This document shows, piece after piece, positions 22,960-34,907 of a stretch of DNA of 64,000 nt. The stretch comes from Eukaryota sp. TZLM1-RC (Eukaryota > Protista > Metamonada: BaSk clade), in contig JAUPSS010000011.1 in NCBI GenBank assembly GCA_040285825.1, positions 496,001-560,000 of the forward strand, in the 5' to 3' direction. A program made the translations under genes and the position numbers. The notes beneath the pieces are model-generated. The model saw only the letters and a list, made by a program, of their open reading frames with translations, was not told where the DNA came from and searched no databases. Within the stretch, counting starts at the first letter, position 1. Every line of letters begins with the position of its first letter.

Positions 22960-23285
22960 TTATTTATTAAATTTCGAAATAGTATTATTTCTTAAACAAT
23001 TAAGCCTCCACATCCTCAAAAACTGCCTCTGCAACATCGAAATAATTTCTTAACGATATGTAAATCGACCAAAAGAGGACAGCGAATGAACAACAAATTT
23101 CACCATTTTCTCATAAATTGAAAACACAATTTAATTTTGCAATAAAAATGACTTCCCCGCTTTGAAAATTTTTGAAGACGTGACCACAAAAGAAAATTGC
23201 CCTTTCATTTGTGGTAACACATCATCAGAATTTTAGTCCAAAAAGTTTAAATAATTCCCCCAAATAAGCTCTAACGCAATACTAG
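22960..23285 (-). mobile_element. Highly decayed RLE retrotransposon 3' end
   Basis: Ends FDVAEAVFEDVEA* followed by an A-rich tail. Confidence 0.6.
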
Positions 23286-23544
23286 AAATGTTTCGACTCC
23301 TAATTACCGCCACATCATATCACGTCATCATATCACGTCAATCATTATCGGTTCTCTAATGACATTGTTTATAGCATTTCTTTTGAGCATCATAAGATTT
23401 GTCTTCAACAATTTCCAGTAGTTCACCATTTCTAATGAACTTAATCAATATATCTGAAAGAACTACAAGAGCTTTTTTCTTTGGGATGAGGAAAAATCTT
23501 AGGAGGAATAATCCATTTTTTATATAATAATAAAAGTTCTTTTT

Positions 23545-23930
23545 ACTTTTTTTATTCAAACGAAATTGTTTAAAACTAAAAATCAATTTCCTCAAACTTC
23601 ACCTATACCATTGAAAATTTACCTAGAGCATTTTCTTCACAAAATCTTCCTATTGATTACAACGAGCTAGAAACAAGGCTGTACATGCCCTTAAAAATAG
23701 AAAATACAATTCTGTTTTGCCAAAAGGTTCGGTCAAATATTCTTCCAGTTCTATTTTCGACAATAGAAGTGAAATCGTCCAAACGAGATAACACAGTATT
23801 ACCCATGGTTCCAAATAAAAAAAAGCAAAAGGACAAAGAAGGTATTGACTATGTGAGTTGGAATTCAGATTATTGATTTTTTCAGCATATTTGATAATTT
23901 TCGCTTCTTCAGCTTTGAAACGATTTTATT
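23545..23930 (-). mobile_element. Decayed RLE retrotransposon 3' end
   Basis: LCPFAF..GTMG...ENRTGRIFDRTFWQNRIVFSIFKGM...FEEIDF*. Confidence 0.75.
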
Positions 23931-24183
23931 TGAAAATAAGATAATTTGGCGCAATGTAGGTAAAAAAACGAGGTTTAAAGAAGCAAAACAATTTGGTTTT
24001 GGTTAAGTTTTTTATCTTCTTGCTAATGGTTTGGTTTGGTTTTTATTTGGTTTGTTTTGGTTTCGCAAAATTGATTGATCGATTGGATTACACTTCTGGA
24101 TGTTGAAAACTTCACTTTTCACATTCAGTGAAATTCACAGAATTGATTACTTCTCCTCTTTAACATTATCTTTATTATTTAAC

Positions 24184-24969
24184 ATGGAAGCCCAGGTTCC
24201 ACCAACAGTTTTTGATAAGCTTGCCAAGATAGTACAAACTATGGACAGCTTACAGGGAGAGTGGAATGATTTTCGCGAATCATACACCCCTGGAGACACA
24301 TTTGGTTCACACACGGATCCACCACAGTGTTTATTTCCTTTCAACGATGTGGAACAGAGTCTACTTAAACTTGAAACTGATGCAAAGTCATGTGTTCAAC
24401 AGCTTAATTCTTTACTGGAACCTGTAACTCCAAAACCTCAACCCCAGCACATACATATTCCCCCAGCCTCACAACCAACAACACGCCGTAAAGCCAGCAC
24501 TCCCATTCCCACACAACCACCAACACCAACCTTCTCTACACCAGGAGCTCGGGATAAACATCCCACTCCTCCAGAAGCTTTGGTACCGGGGCAGTTTATC
24601 GCTATCAGGGCTCCCTCAATGGGAGAAGTTTTGTTGGGAAAATACCAGCACACAGATTGGTCTGATCCAGAACGACCTGTCATCTATGCAGATGATGTAG
24701 AAGCTGATCAACCGGTGATTTGTGGTGATGCAGCTGTCTCTTTAGATGATGACTTAAGAACCAAAATGAGGAATTCCAGAATGTCTCGTAAGGTTATGGC
24801 ACTTTATCCTGGTTGCACGGCATTTTATGCTGGAACCGTCTCAAAAGGAGTAAAGAAGCATGATACACAAATACTTGTTAATTTTGGAATAAATGATGAA
24901 CATTATGTGGATCTTAGATGGGTTTATCAACTGCCAAGGTTGCCTCCCCCGCCAAAACCTGGGTTTTAA
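24184..24969 (+). CDS. SGF29-like protein (coiled coil plus C-terminal Tudor-like domain)
   Basis: KVMALYPGCTAFYAGTV resembles the SGF29 Tudor VLALYPQTTCFY. Start placed at 24184 (MEAQ); in-frame ATG 24100 is an alternative. Confidence 0.6.
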   Translation: MEAQVPPTVFDKLAKIVQTMDSLQGEWNDFRESYTPGDTFGSHTDPPQCLFPFNDVEQSLLKLETDAKSCVQQLNSLLEPVTPKPQPQHIHIPPASQPTTRRKASTPIPTQPPTPTFSTPGARDKHPTPPEALVPGQFIAIRAPSMGEVLLGKYQHTDWSDPERPVIYADDVEADQPVICGDAAVSLDDDLRTKMRNSRMSRKVMALYPGCTAFYAGTVSKGVKKHDTQILVNFGINDEHYVDLRWVYQLPRLPPPPKPGF

Positions 24970-25127
24970 TTAATTTTTGTTGTGTATATAAATGTCATGC
25001 TACATTGTTGTTATTATTATTATACACAAATGGTTCAATTCAATCATGTTGTATAGTATATTGGTTCAGGTTTATGCGAAATGCCTAAGAAAAACAACAA
25101 ACAAAGGAAAAAATACACAATACAGTT

Positions 25128-25389
25128 TTAAAAACCCCCTCTGAGAGCTAATACCAGATGCACGCAGTCACCAGGTTTAATGTTGGCATCTTTCAAAGTT
25201 TGATCATCACGGAGAGGAGTACCACCAAAAATAATACTAGGATAAGCGAGGTGATGGGACCAACCGTTGTTGGGAGGGATGAATTCCTTCTTTTTCTTGA
25301 ATACGTTGCTTGACGAACTGAATGGTGTCGCTGTCTTCAACAGTAAGAGAGAGCTGGGCTCCTGTAAGAGTTTTGACTAAGAGATTCAT
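25128..25389 (-). CDS. NEDD8: NEDD8/Rub1 ubiquitin-like protein; 28-nt intron 25237-25264
   Basis: Spliced product [10 protein letters not shown]...[16 protein letters not shown]...[11 protein letters not shown]. Confidence 0.85.
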
Positions 25390-25483
25390 TGAAGAGATTT
25401 GAATCAATGCAGAGAATGTGGTGAAACAATGGAAATTTTTAATGATTGGCAAGCTGTTGTGAAACTGTTAGCAGCGTGGTTGC

Positions 25484-26195
25484 CTTAACATAGATCATAA
25501 ATTTGGCGTTGCTATCCATAAAATGGCTCCATAAACTGTTTAATATGTTAGTGTATAATGAGGTTGTTGTCTGTATAACGACCGTCTAATAAACTTTTCC
25601 TGATTTTACATCAAACACAGGGGGCCATTATAAGGAAAACAATCGCCATGCAATTACAAGAATTAAATACAAGACATGATGACTATAGTTTCTAGAAAGA
25701 CTTTCATCTTATAAAGGTTTGATCTGCTAACTTCTTTGCTATGATTCATCTTTTTTTGATTCACAAACAGTAGTAATCTGATGAGGATTCATCAGAACTG
25801 AATTAACCAACACTATGAAACTATTTCTGTTCGTTTCTGTTCGCTTAAATTAGATCATAAATTTGGCGTTGCTATCCATAAAATGGCTCCATAAACTGTT
25901 TAATATGTTAGTGTTTAATGAGGTTGTTGTCTGTATAACGACCGTCTAATAAACCTTTCCCTGATTTTACATCAAACACAGGGGGCCATTATAAGGAAAA
26001 CAATCGCCATGCAATTACAAGAATTAAATACAAGACATGATGACTATAGTTTCTAGAAAGACTTTCATCTTATAAAGGTTTGATCTGCTAACTTCTTTGC
26101 TATGATTCATCTTTTTTTTGATTCACAAACAGTAGTAATCTGATGAGGATTCATCGGAACTGAATTAAACAACACTATGAAACTATTTCTGTTCG
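25484..26195. repeat. Near-perfect tandem duplication, period ~360 bp
   Basis: 25484-25833 is repeated at 25844-26195, with an extra TTTCTGTTCG at the junction. Confidence 0.95.
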
Positions 26196-26358
26196 TGGAA
26201 GTCATTCAAATAATGCCTTGAAATTCTATGCTTCTCCTAATCGTCTTCTGGTTAAAGACAACAGAAAAAGTAGTTGCTTTAAGCAACTACATTATTAAAT
26301 TTTCGATTCTGTTGCTAAAGTAATAAATAATGAATCATTTCAAACACAAAGACTTTAT

Positions 26359-27750
26359 TTACCATCCCTCTTCTACTAGAAAACTTTTTCCATGTCCATC
26401 TTCAAAAATTCCCTTGATAAGTTCATACAAGCTTTCTAAATCTGCAACACTGCAAGACTCCCTTACACTATGCATGCCCCACATACCAATACCTAGATCC
26501 AAAACTTTTGTAATAGACATCTTACCCAAATGCGGACCAACAGTCGAACCGCCTGGTACTGATTCCTTACCACAAAAAAACTGAAGAGGAATATTTCTAG
26601 AAGATGCAACAGAATTAGCCAATGCCAAGGCATCTAAATCAGTAACATACTTGTATTTGTTAGAATGCTTAATTGCGACGCCTTTTCCAATGGTTACATG
26701 GTGCTGTCCATCAGTCTTATCAGGGTAAGAAGGATGGGTTGCATGTGCTCCGTCAGCTGAAATGATAATGCTTCTTGAGAGGAAAGGGAAAAACTCTGAA
26801 TCCTTCCCCTTCAGTTCAGAGAAAATTTTGCTTAACAAAAATGGTAAAAAGTTTGAGCTAGCACCCCTATCAGTTCCAGAACCAATTTCTTCATGATCAA
26901 ATACCACAATGCCTTTGATACCATCAAAAGAAAGATCATTTACGGTCAACAAAGCTTCCAACGAGGCAAATACAGATGCCTTGTTGTCCAGCCCCTGTGC
27001 CAAAAGGAACTCTTCCTTCAATCCAACAATTGCAGGTGGTTCGGTGTCATAGGATTCAAGGTCAACAAACACTATTGAATTGGGATCAATATTGGCAACT
27101 TTACCTAAAGCCGACAACAAATCACTTGAAGCAATATTGAAAGCTTCAAGTGACTTATTCTCAGTATCGTCTTCTTTTTCATCCTTTTTCTCTCCTTCCT
27201 GCTTCAAACAAAGAACTGGATTAGTGTCTTTGTCCAAGTCGAAACCGTTGCCTTCGGTCTTTCCCTTTCGCAAATGGATGGCCAATGAAGGAAGAAACAT
27301 AATAGGTTCGGGAATGGTGACTAATCTTGTGTACATTGAGCCATCTTCATTCTTGGCAACCACCTTGCCAGCAAGGGACAGCTTTCTGTCTTGAAAGGTT
27401 TGCCATAGTCCACCACCATAAGTTCCGAGATCGAGCTGTTTAACACCCGCAGATTTGTTCTGCACGTCGCTTTTTGGTCGTACTTTTAATGTTGGCGAAT
27501 CAGAATGGGAAGCCACCAGGGAAAACGAACCTGATTGAGGACTGAAATGTTCACCCACAATCCATGCACAGAGAGTGCTCTGGTTACGAGTGGTGAAATA
27601 CTTGCCACCAGAAACTAAATTCCATGATCCTGAGGTTGAGCTCAGTTCGGTGAAACCTGCTTCGAGCAATGAGGATCGCACCTTAGAGACACAGTGAAAG
27701 GTACTAGGTGATGCAGTAAGGCTGGAGATAAGGTCATGTACAAAGGGCAT
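26359..27750 (-). CDS. DNPEP: Aspartyl aminopeptidase (M18)
   Basis: SHSDSP, YGGGLW, LDN, FDHEEIGS, SADGAHATHP, GGSTVGP, MHSVRE. In-frame ATG 27786 is an alternative start. Confidence 0.93.
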   Translation of the reverse strand: MPFVHDLISSLTASPSTFHCVSKVRSSLLEAGFTELSSTSGSWNLVSGGKYFTTRNQSTLCAWIVGEHFSPQSGSFSLVASHSDSPTLKVRPKSDVQNKSAGVKQLDLGTYGGGLWQTFQDRKLSLAGKVVAKNEDGSMYTRLVTIPEPIMFLPSLAIHLRKGKTEGNGFDLDKDTNPVLCLKQEGEKKDEKEDDTENKSLEAFNIASSDLLSALGKVANIDPNSIVFVDLESYDTEPPAIVGLKEEFLLAQGLDNKASVFASLEALLTVNDLSFDGIKGIVVFDHEEIGSGTDRGASSNFLPFLLSKIFSELKGKDSEFFPFLSRSIIISADGAHATHPSYPDKTDGQHHVTIGKGVAIKHSNKYKYVTDLDALALANSVASSRNIPLQFFCGKESVPGGSTVGPHLGKMSITKVLDLGIGMWGMHSVRESCSVADLESLYELIKGIFEDGHGKSFLVEEGW

Positions 27751-27982
27751 TGGTTGGAATAATCTAAAGAATTTTTCATGGTGCATCAGGACTCTCCATC
27801 ACCAGACTCTTGTGTGTTCAGTACGTTTGAATTGAATCGTTGCGATCTTGATATTACAGTACACATAACAATATTTATTCAAGTGGTATAGTATAATATT
27901 GGTGTTGTTAGATGATATAAATGAGATCAACACCAAAGAAATATTGCAAAGATATTTGTTTTGATCAATGTAAATTTGATTC

Positions 27983-29494
27983 TCAGCACATATCATCAAC
28001 AATAGTTAATAATCGATCTTGAACAGTATCTGCAAAATCTACAATATTGTCTACATTAAACATTTGAAAAGCTTTTTCTTGAATTCCACTATTTGATATT
28101 ATTTTAAATAAAGATCCCACTACTGATGGAACTCTTTCTTTAATGAGGGTTCTTTTCGCAACGAAATCTTCACCACAAATTAGTTCATTTGGCAACAGTG
28201 AACTCAAAGTCTTTACAGTATTATTGACACACCTATTTATTGCCTTTTTCAATGTCCATGGTAACATTAGAGATTCCTTCGTTAAATTCTTGAACGAAAC
28301 ATTTCCTAACAGAGACACTGATAACACCAGATCAAAGCAAAATATTGAAGATTCATCAAACATCAACTGTGCAAAACCCGCAAACGGTTCGAATCTGGCG
28401 TATTCAGAATTACGATCAGAACATTTGGTTCTTAAATAAGTTGATTTAAACCTTCCTAGACTGGAAAGAGTTAAATGCTCTTTTAATAATTCAACTAAAT
28501 CGCAAGAATCAGACATTCTTAAAGGGGTATTATTGACATAATTCAAACAAATCAAGCTCTTGGTGAAATTACCAGCAATTTCACTCACTTCCTCAACATT
28601 TGCCAAACCCAAATAAGCAATAATTGTAACATCATCATCATCATGGGTTGTTAGCTTTGATTGTCCTTCTACTACATTGAAGAATTTGTCCAGTCCCAGA
28701 CCCAGCCTCTGTCGAAATGAAGTACATGGAGGAACGAAGGGTTTAATTACGAGAGAATTATTATCGATAACGCCAAACGGAAATTCAACATTAGGAGGTT
28801 CAATTAAAGTAGAGAAAACTAATCTAGCTGGCAATTGCAGCAGTGCCATTAATGTACAAAAGGTGGAAAATAAGTTTTGAGACTCTGCCCAATTACCTTT
28901 CACTTTCATCGACACACTAGTTCCTTGGCTAGTTTCACCACCTAAACTTGGTTCTGATTGAAAGTTTATCAGTTCGAGTTGATCCTGGTGTTTGTCAAAT
29001 CTTATTTCTGCTCTAGTACATGTTTGGTTACAATTAGAGATGATAGTCGTTGAAGAATCGTACGTCATACCAGACTGCATGATGGCTAACTTAAGGCCAA
29101 GTCCGTAAGTACCTCTAGCACATTGGGTGTTTAGGTTGCTTCGGTTACTTGCATCTTTAGTAGTATTGTATAGGGAGGAAACTAGGGCAGGAAAGTCATT
29201 AGGATTAATACCGCATCCTTCATCACTTATTTTTATCATCAATTGGTTATCATCATCAGTGGGGTGAATGTCTATTCGAATAGTTTTTAGTCTCAAACTA
29301 TCACGATGAAGATGTAATGAATCAAGAGAGTTATCAAAGAGCTAGAGTCAGGGACAGATATCAACATTACTTCAAGGAAGGAAAAGAATAATACTTGGTC
29401 ATTGTAAATTCCAGATAGATGTATATCTATGTTGAGTAGTAGGTCAACGCATACTGTCCTTGAAGAAGGTCAATGAAGTCCGATTCTTGTACAT
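27983..29494 (-). CDS. Topoisomerase VI B-like GHKL protein (TOP6B/MTOPVIB-like); introns 29427-29454 and 29342-29370
   Basis: Spliced N-terminus MYKNRTSLTFFKDNIHLSGIY...FLELFDNSLD, then ISDEGCGI, GTYGLGLK, QGTSV, YVNNTPL and transducer-like VSFKNLTKE. Confidence 0.85.
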
Positions 29495-29519
29495 AATGTT
29501 TTTGCAGGGAAAAGTCTAA

Positions 29520-30110
29520 AACTCAAAAATACTAGTTTTGTCACAGTCACTACATTCATTGTTTTTGACAGTGTAGCAGTCCATTGCAAGGGACTAGTTT
29601 CACTTTATACTTCTTCTGATTCAAATGCTTTTCGACATTTTTGACTTTTGTTATCAACACGATTTCTTATTGTTCTGAATGGAATATTTTTGATAACGTA
29701 GTGTGATAACGTAAGGTCAAGTCATTCAAACTAGATCTGAATCCTACCTTAACGATTTCTTATTGTTATCTACACGATTCGTTTTGGCATCATCATCATT
29801 ATTGATCTTGATCATGTTTGAATTTTTCTTTCTTGCTTGAAGCTTTTCATGCGCTGTGCTCCTTCATATTAACATTGTATTTAGTATTTCTCTCTCGATT
29901 GGTTTCAACACCAGCACCGCTTGTTTTTTTTACAGTACTACCCACCAAGTAGACTTTAATTCCAGCTTTGCTGGCAATTTTTTTCGGATCATCAGCTTTG
30001 ATCTTGCTTGGATCACTTTTAGGATTTATTTTGGCGTTCCAATCCCCAAAACCATTATTTTAAACCAATATTTCAGGATTAGCTTTTCGATTTGATTTTC
30101 AATCGGTTGA
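29520..30110 (-). mobile_element. Decayed Fanzor relic, family E (E1), co-oriented just upstream of the TopoVIB-like gene
   Basis: GFGDWNAK...KAGIKVYLV at ~29943-30055 and KLVPCNGLLHCQ at ~29565-29600, the latter homologous to 39376-39412. Confidence 0.6.
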
Positions 30111-31496
30111 TTTAGTTGGTCTCACTCTTATTTATATTTTTGTTCAGAGAGCAATGATTAAACAATGGATGTCAGTAAATGGGAAAGGGCAATACAGTTT
30201 GGAGTGTTTTCATTTTGAATTTTTTGTTGACTTTTCTTATTTGAATTGTTGACGATCCAAAGATTTTCCAAAGAATTCTGACAATTCATTTATATTACTT
30301 TTTTCTTGAGCTTTTTTTCTTTTTCATTAAATGATTTTTTTCAATTCTTTGTTTTCCTATCTTGCTATTTATTCCATTTTTTCCTATTTTTCCATTTGAA
30401 TTTGATTAATTTTTGAAACAAATTCCAAATTCAGTAATCATGATTCTGTTGGATTCAATATTACTCATCTCAGCATACGATTGGCCAATAAGGTATGGTA
30501 TTTGCTCTTGATTATGAGTTTCCGACACGGATACTAGTTTCGGATCATGTATGTTTGGTTCTATTCCAGCATTAACCTCACCTTTTTAGTGAATTCAGTT
30601 AGCTTCGCTGAGATCATGAATATGGGATCTTTTTGATTACCTTTACATTTTTTTCAAATGGTTCGTCTTGTGAGGAATTCAAACACCAAAGCCACACTTA
30701 ATTTTGCCATAAAAAAGGGAGCAATGATTTTTTGGTCATGGCTACATGTTGAGCACACTTTTTTAAATTTTGAGATTTCTTTCATCGACATTAGTTGTAT
30801 CATCAATACTTCTTTTGACGTCATCAAGCTGATTAATTGGAATTTCATTAGACTCATCACTCAATCTTTTTGTTTGCTTAAACAAAATGTTAATGCTCCT
30901 GGTCTTCATGCGCATATAAGCTAAAAAAAGAGATTTCGAAAAGGAAAAACGTAGTAAATAAATAAGCAGAGGGTTAGGTTTTTCTTTTTCAGCATCTTGA
31001 ATTAATTTTTTTGTCAGTCATTGCTAGAAAAGCGCATTGGAGATATTGCACTTAATGTGCAATAAAAGATGTTGACCAATGAGACTTGCTTTTCCTTGAT
31101 TTTCATATTGGGTACACGAACTTAGAGTTCTTTAAAGTGCTTTTCTGGTGAATCAACATTTTTCTACCTTCCAAAGGAACATTGAACCAACGTCAGAAAT
31201 ATTCAAAGTGTTGCTGAATATTGATCATATAAGATGTGTGACTGTTGGTCACTCATTCGTCAGAGATACGGGTATAGAATTGAGGGTAACTGAGGGCAAT
31301 AATTTTCATAGTCAAGACTGAACACTATTAGTTTCAAAGTTTGAACAATTTGACCTGGTGGTTTATATTTTTGCTCCATTGAAAAATCGTTCAAGAAAAC
31401 ATCACCATTTGAGTGCCTAATTTCATAATCACCCATAGAGTTGCTTCAATAGGTTGCTTAGAGAACAGACTTGGGTCCGTATGATTGGAATTCTTC

Positions 31497-31851
31497 ACCC
31501 AAATAGGCAATAATTGTAACATTATCATTATCATGGGTTGTTAGCTTGGATTGTCCTTCTACTACATTGAAGAATTTGTCCAGTCCCAGACCCAGCCTCT
31601 GTCGAAATGAAGTACATGGAGGAACGAAGGGTTTAATTCCGAGAGAATTATTATCGATAACGCCAAACGGAAATTCAACATTAGGAGGTTCAATTAAAGT
31701 AGAGAAAACTAATCTAGCTGGCAATTGCTGCAGTGCCATTAATGTACAAAAGGTGGAAAATAAGTTTTGAGACTCTGCCCAATTACCTTTCACTTTCATC
31801 GACACACTAGTTCCTTGGCTAGTTTCAGCATTTAAACTTGGTTCTGATTGA
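31497..31851 (-). pseudogene. 355-bp duplicated internal fragment of the TopoVIB-like gene
   Basis: Near-identical to 28607-28961. Confidence 0.95.
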
Positions 31852-32303
31852 TGAATCTGGCTCCTCTTCACAAATATGTCAATTCATTGAAACCAGTTTC
31901 CTTGGATGAAAAAACACTGAAGGACTATGTTAGGATTCTGGAATCTGATTTGTACGATTCTGCATCTGTTTTAAACTCCACGATACAAACTCTAACATCT
32001 ACACAATCTGTTCTTTGCTCCATGTCTGATGAAGTATTGCCTACATTCTCATCCACTATTAACACTGCCATTCGTACTATTAGACAGAATTGCACCACCA
32101 TTCTTGAAAACATTTCAAAATCATCGGAAAAGACACCACACATAGAGAGCCCGATTGAGGAAAAATCTGATGAGGTGACAGAGTCCGATGCTTCAGAGTA
32201 TGAATCAGAAGAAGATTCTCACGCTTCTGATCCAAATTGTTCATCTTATTCAGAGCCTGAGCCTGATCAAGAGGAATCAGTAGTGGAAGGATGTGATGAA
32301 TAG
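31851..32303 (+). CDS. Hypothetical protein with acidic C-terminus
   Basis: 150-aa ORF with a helical N-half, followed by AATAAA and convergent with the next gene. Confidence 0.55.
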   Translation: MNLAPLHKYVNSLKPVSLDEKTLKDYVRILESDLYDSASVLNSTIQTLTSTQSVLCSMSDEVLPTFSSTINTAIRTIRQNCTTILENISKSSEKTPHIESPIEEKSDEVTESDASEYESEEDSHASDPNCSSYSEPEPDQEESVVEGCDE

Positions 32304-32495
32304 TCATAGTTGTGATTGTAAATAAATTGGATTTTTTAAAAAATATCTATTGTTTATTAAAATTTGAAGTTAGGTTTCAGTAATCCTGAATAAACAATGG
32401 GTAGAAATAAAAATAAATAGAAAATTAAATTAAAAGTATAATACATGAAGACCAAAATCAGAAGAGACAAAAATAGACTTGCTTCCCTCCCAAAT

Positions 32496-33317
32496 TCACT
32501 TCTTTTTCTTTTTCCCTCCTTTTGTCCCCTTTTTACCTTTCTTACCCTTCTTTTTTCCCTTTTTTCCCTTTTTTCCTTTCTTTTGTTCTGCCACTTTTGG
32601 AGGCGGAATAATTGGTAATTGAGGTAAGTTATCGAGCCCTATCCGCCTTGCCAAACTAACATTATATAAAACAGTTGCTGACTTTGGATGGGATAGACCT
32701 AAAGAAGAACTGAAAAATCCAAGAGAATCATTAAGAAATTGCAAACCTTCCAAAGTTTGGTTGTTCATTATCAGAGCACAACCCAAGTTATTGTAAACAG
32801 TTCCCAAATCTATAGGAGAGACTCCAAGAATGGTTTCCCTGCAAACCTTGGCTGATCCAAATGATTTCAATGCCTTTTCATATTGTTGTTTCACTGAATA
32901 ATAATAACTTCCTTGAAGAGTGTGGCCAAGAGATCTATCAGGAGACCCAACTGAGAGTCTGTCAGAGAATGTCAAAGCACGGTCTATTGAAGATTCTAAC
33001 AGTTCAGTGAAGGAATCATCCAAGCAACCAAGAGCAATGAGAGAAACACCCATCTGGAATGCAAAGAAAAGTTCTGCTTCAGGGTACAATTCTTCTGGAT
33101 GGTATGAGAGAGGTTTGTTATCTTCTTCGTGTTGGAGGACAATGGCTTGTAGCCAAAGCTTACGTGCAGCTTGAAGTGCTTCAATTGATTCTACGAATCG
33201 TTTCGAATTGTGATGAATTCTGGCACTTTCAACGTAAAAAAGGATAGATTCTGGACAAGAAGGAGGGGCAAGTACCTCAACACAGATGATTGGAAGGTTT
33301 TTTGGGACATCATTCAT
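32496..33317 (-). CDS. TPR protein with Lys/Gly-rich tail
   Basis: GTVYNNLGCAL and HPKSATVLYNV; tail KKGKKGKKGKK. Confidence 0.75.
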   Translation of the reverse strand: MNDVPKNLPIICVEVLAPPSCPESILFYVESARIHHNSKRFVESIEALQAARKLWLQAIVLQHEEDNKPLSYHPEELYPEAELFFAFQMGVSLIALGCLDDSFTELLESSIDRALTFSDRLSVGSPDRSLGHTLQGSYYYSVKQQYEKALKSFGSAKVCRETILGVSPIDLGTVYNNLGCALIMNNQTLEGLQFLNDSLGFFSSSLGLSHPKSATVLYNVSLARRIGLDNLPQLPIIPPPKVAEQKKGKKGKKGKKKGKKGKKGTKGGKKKKK

Positions 33318-34907
33318 TGTTGGTCACTGCTAAAACTGCGCCCAATACCTTACAACTACCTAATCCTTGCACGTGAAATGTAGAAAGAAGGGAATCCTTC
33401 AGTTGGATTAAAATAATGTTTCAAAAGTATTCTTTTTCATGCTGTTGTAAGACTCCATCCTAATGCTATCAGTATTGTTTTGCACACCCAATGATCTTTG
33501 TTATTCCAAATATTTACTGCTTTAAGAGTGTCACATTCCATGGAACGCTAAATGTTCTCAGTTTCCTTATCCATGGAAACATAAATAAAATACATTTTAT
33601 TCATAATTGATTCCCTGAGATTTCGAAACAAAAAATAATTTGAATTAATTCTTTTTTTTTTCTTGATCCAAATACAGATAAAAAATCAACCATGAAACTG
33701 AAATTCTGACATCTTAACCCGAGAACTGATTTTGTGAGTTGTTTTAAAGACTGTTGTCGTCAATAAATATATTTCAATTAGAAAAAATAAAAATAAAATA
33801 AATAAATTTCAAGACATCATTGATATTTTAAAACACAATACATTCCCAAATTCCAAAATAATTGACGATTGCTGAAATTGTGGTATGAATATCATTTTCT
33901 CAACGTTTGCAATTTTCTGTAGAAATTCTTTCCTACTTACAAAATACAAATGAAATTTAAATGTCAATAATTGTCTCAAATTGATTGAGTCCAACAGGAT
34001 TTGAATTTTAACAATAAAAGAGAAGAAATGTTTCAAAAAGTGAGAGGTAAACTACTTCGTTTGATTGACTGAAAAAGTTTGTGTCCAAAAACTGGAATCT
34101 TTAGGTACTTGTGTTTTCAATTTGAAATTTCTATAGTTATTTTACCATATGATCTCAATTATTTCACACATGTAGAATAATCTTTGCTTCAATTGAGTTT
34201 GTCACTGAGTTAGAAAGTATCTGAACTCATCTTCAAATTGCATTAGGTGAAATAATCAATATTAATGTCGATTTTTTGCTGACACTACTTCATATAATAT
34301 ATGTTTACAAATATGCATGTACATTTGGACGGTTAAACAATCTGCACTGTTTCAACTGTTCCATAAACTTTGTGCTATGTCAAACTGACACAAACTGTAT
34401 AGTTCACTCTTACATATTCGAAATATGATATATCAAATTTGCAATTCTGTTGGCTTATGTGCACGGGTTTCCATAAACGAGAATAAAAACAGGAGTTTAT
34501 GAACAGAGTTAAGAAAAATCAACTAAATAAAAGATCAAACAGAATTTAAACTATTGATGACGTGATAGGAGACGTGATACTTTCCAAAACGGGAAGGTTG
34601 GGTTTAGCATAGCTAACAATTCAATGAATGATTATAATGGATTAGTTGATCACAACCACAAATTAAATCGTTGAGTACACTCTTTTTGAATTTCACGAAT
34701 TCATTCACAAGTTTGAGGTAAATAACACAACAAGTGTTGTTATGAACATTTTGCACTGGAAATACCCTATCATATTGTTTATCATTCAGTTCAATTTATA
34801 CAGAATGACCCAAGAATAATTGATGAAAGTATATGTTCTCAAAAAATGATTCAAATACAATCCAAAAGGTTATTTATAGTTAGTCATGAATTGTACAAAA
34901 ATGTGAT

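Noticed and set aside
30110-31490. Further TE relics
   Set aside because: Too decayed to assign by eye.
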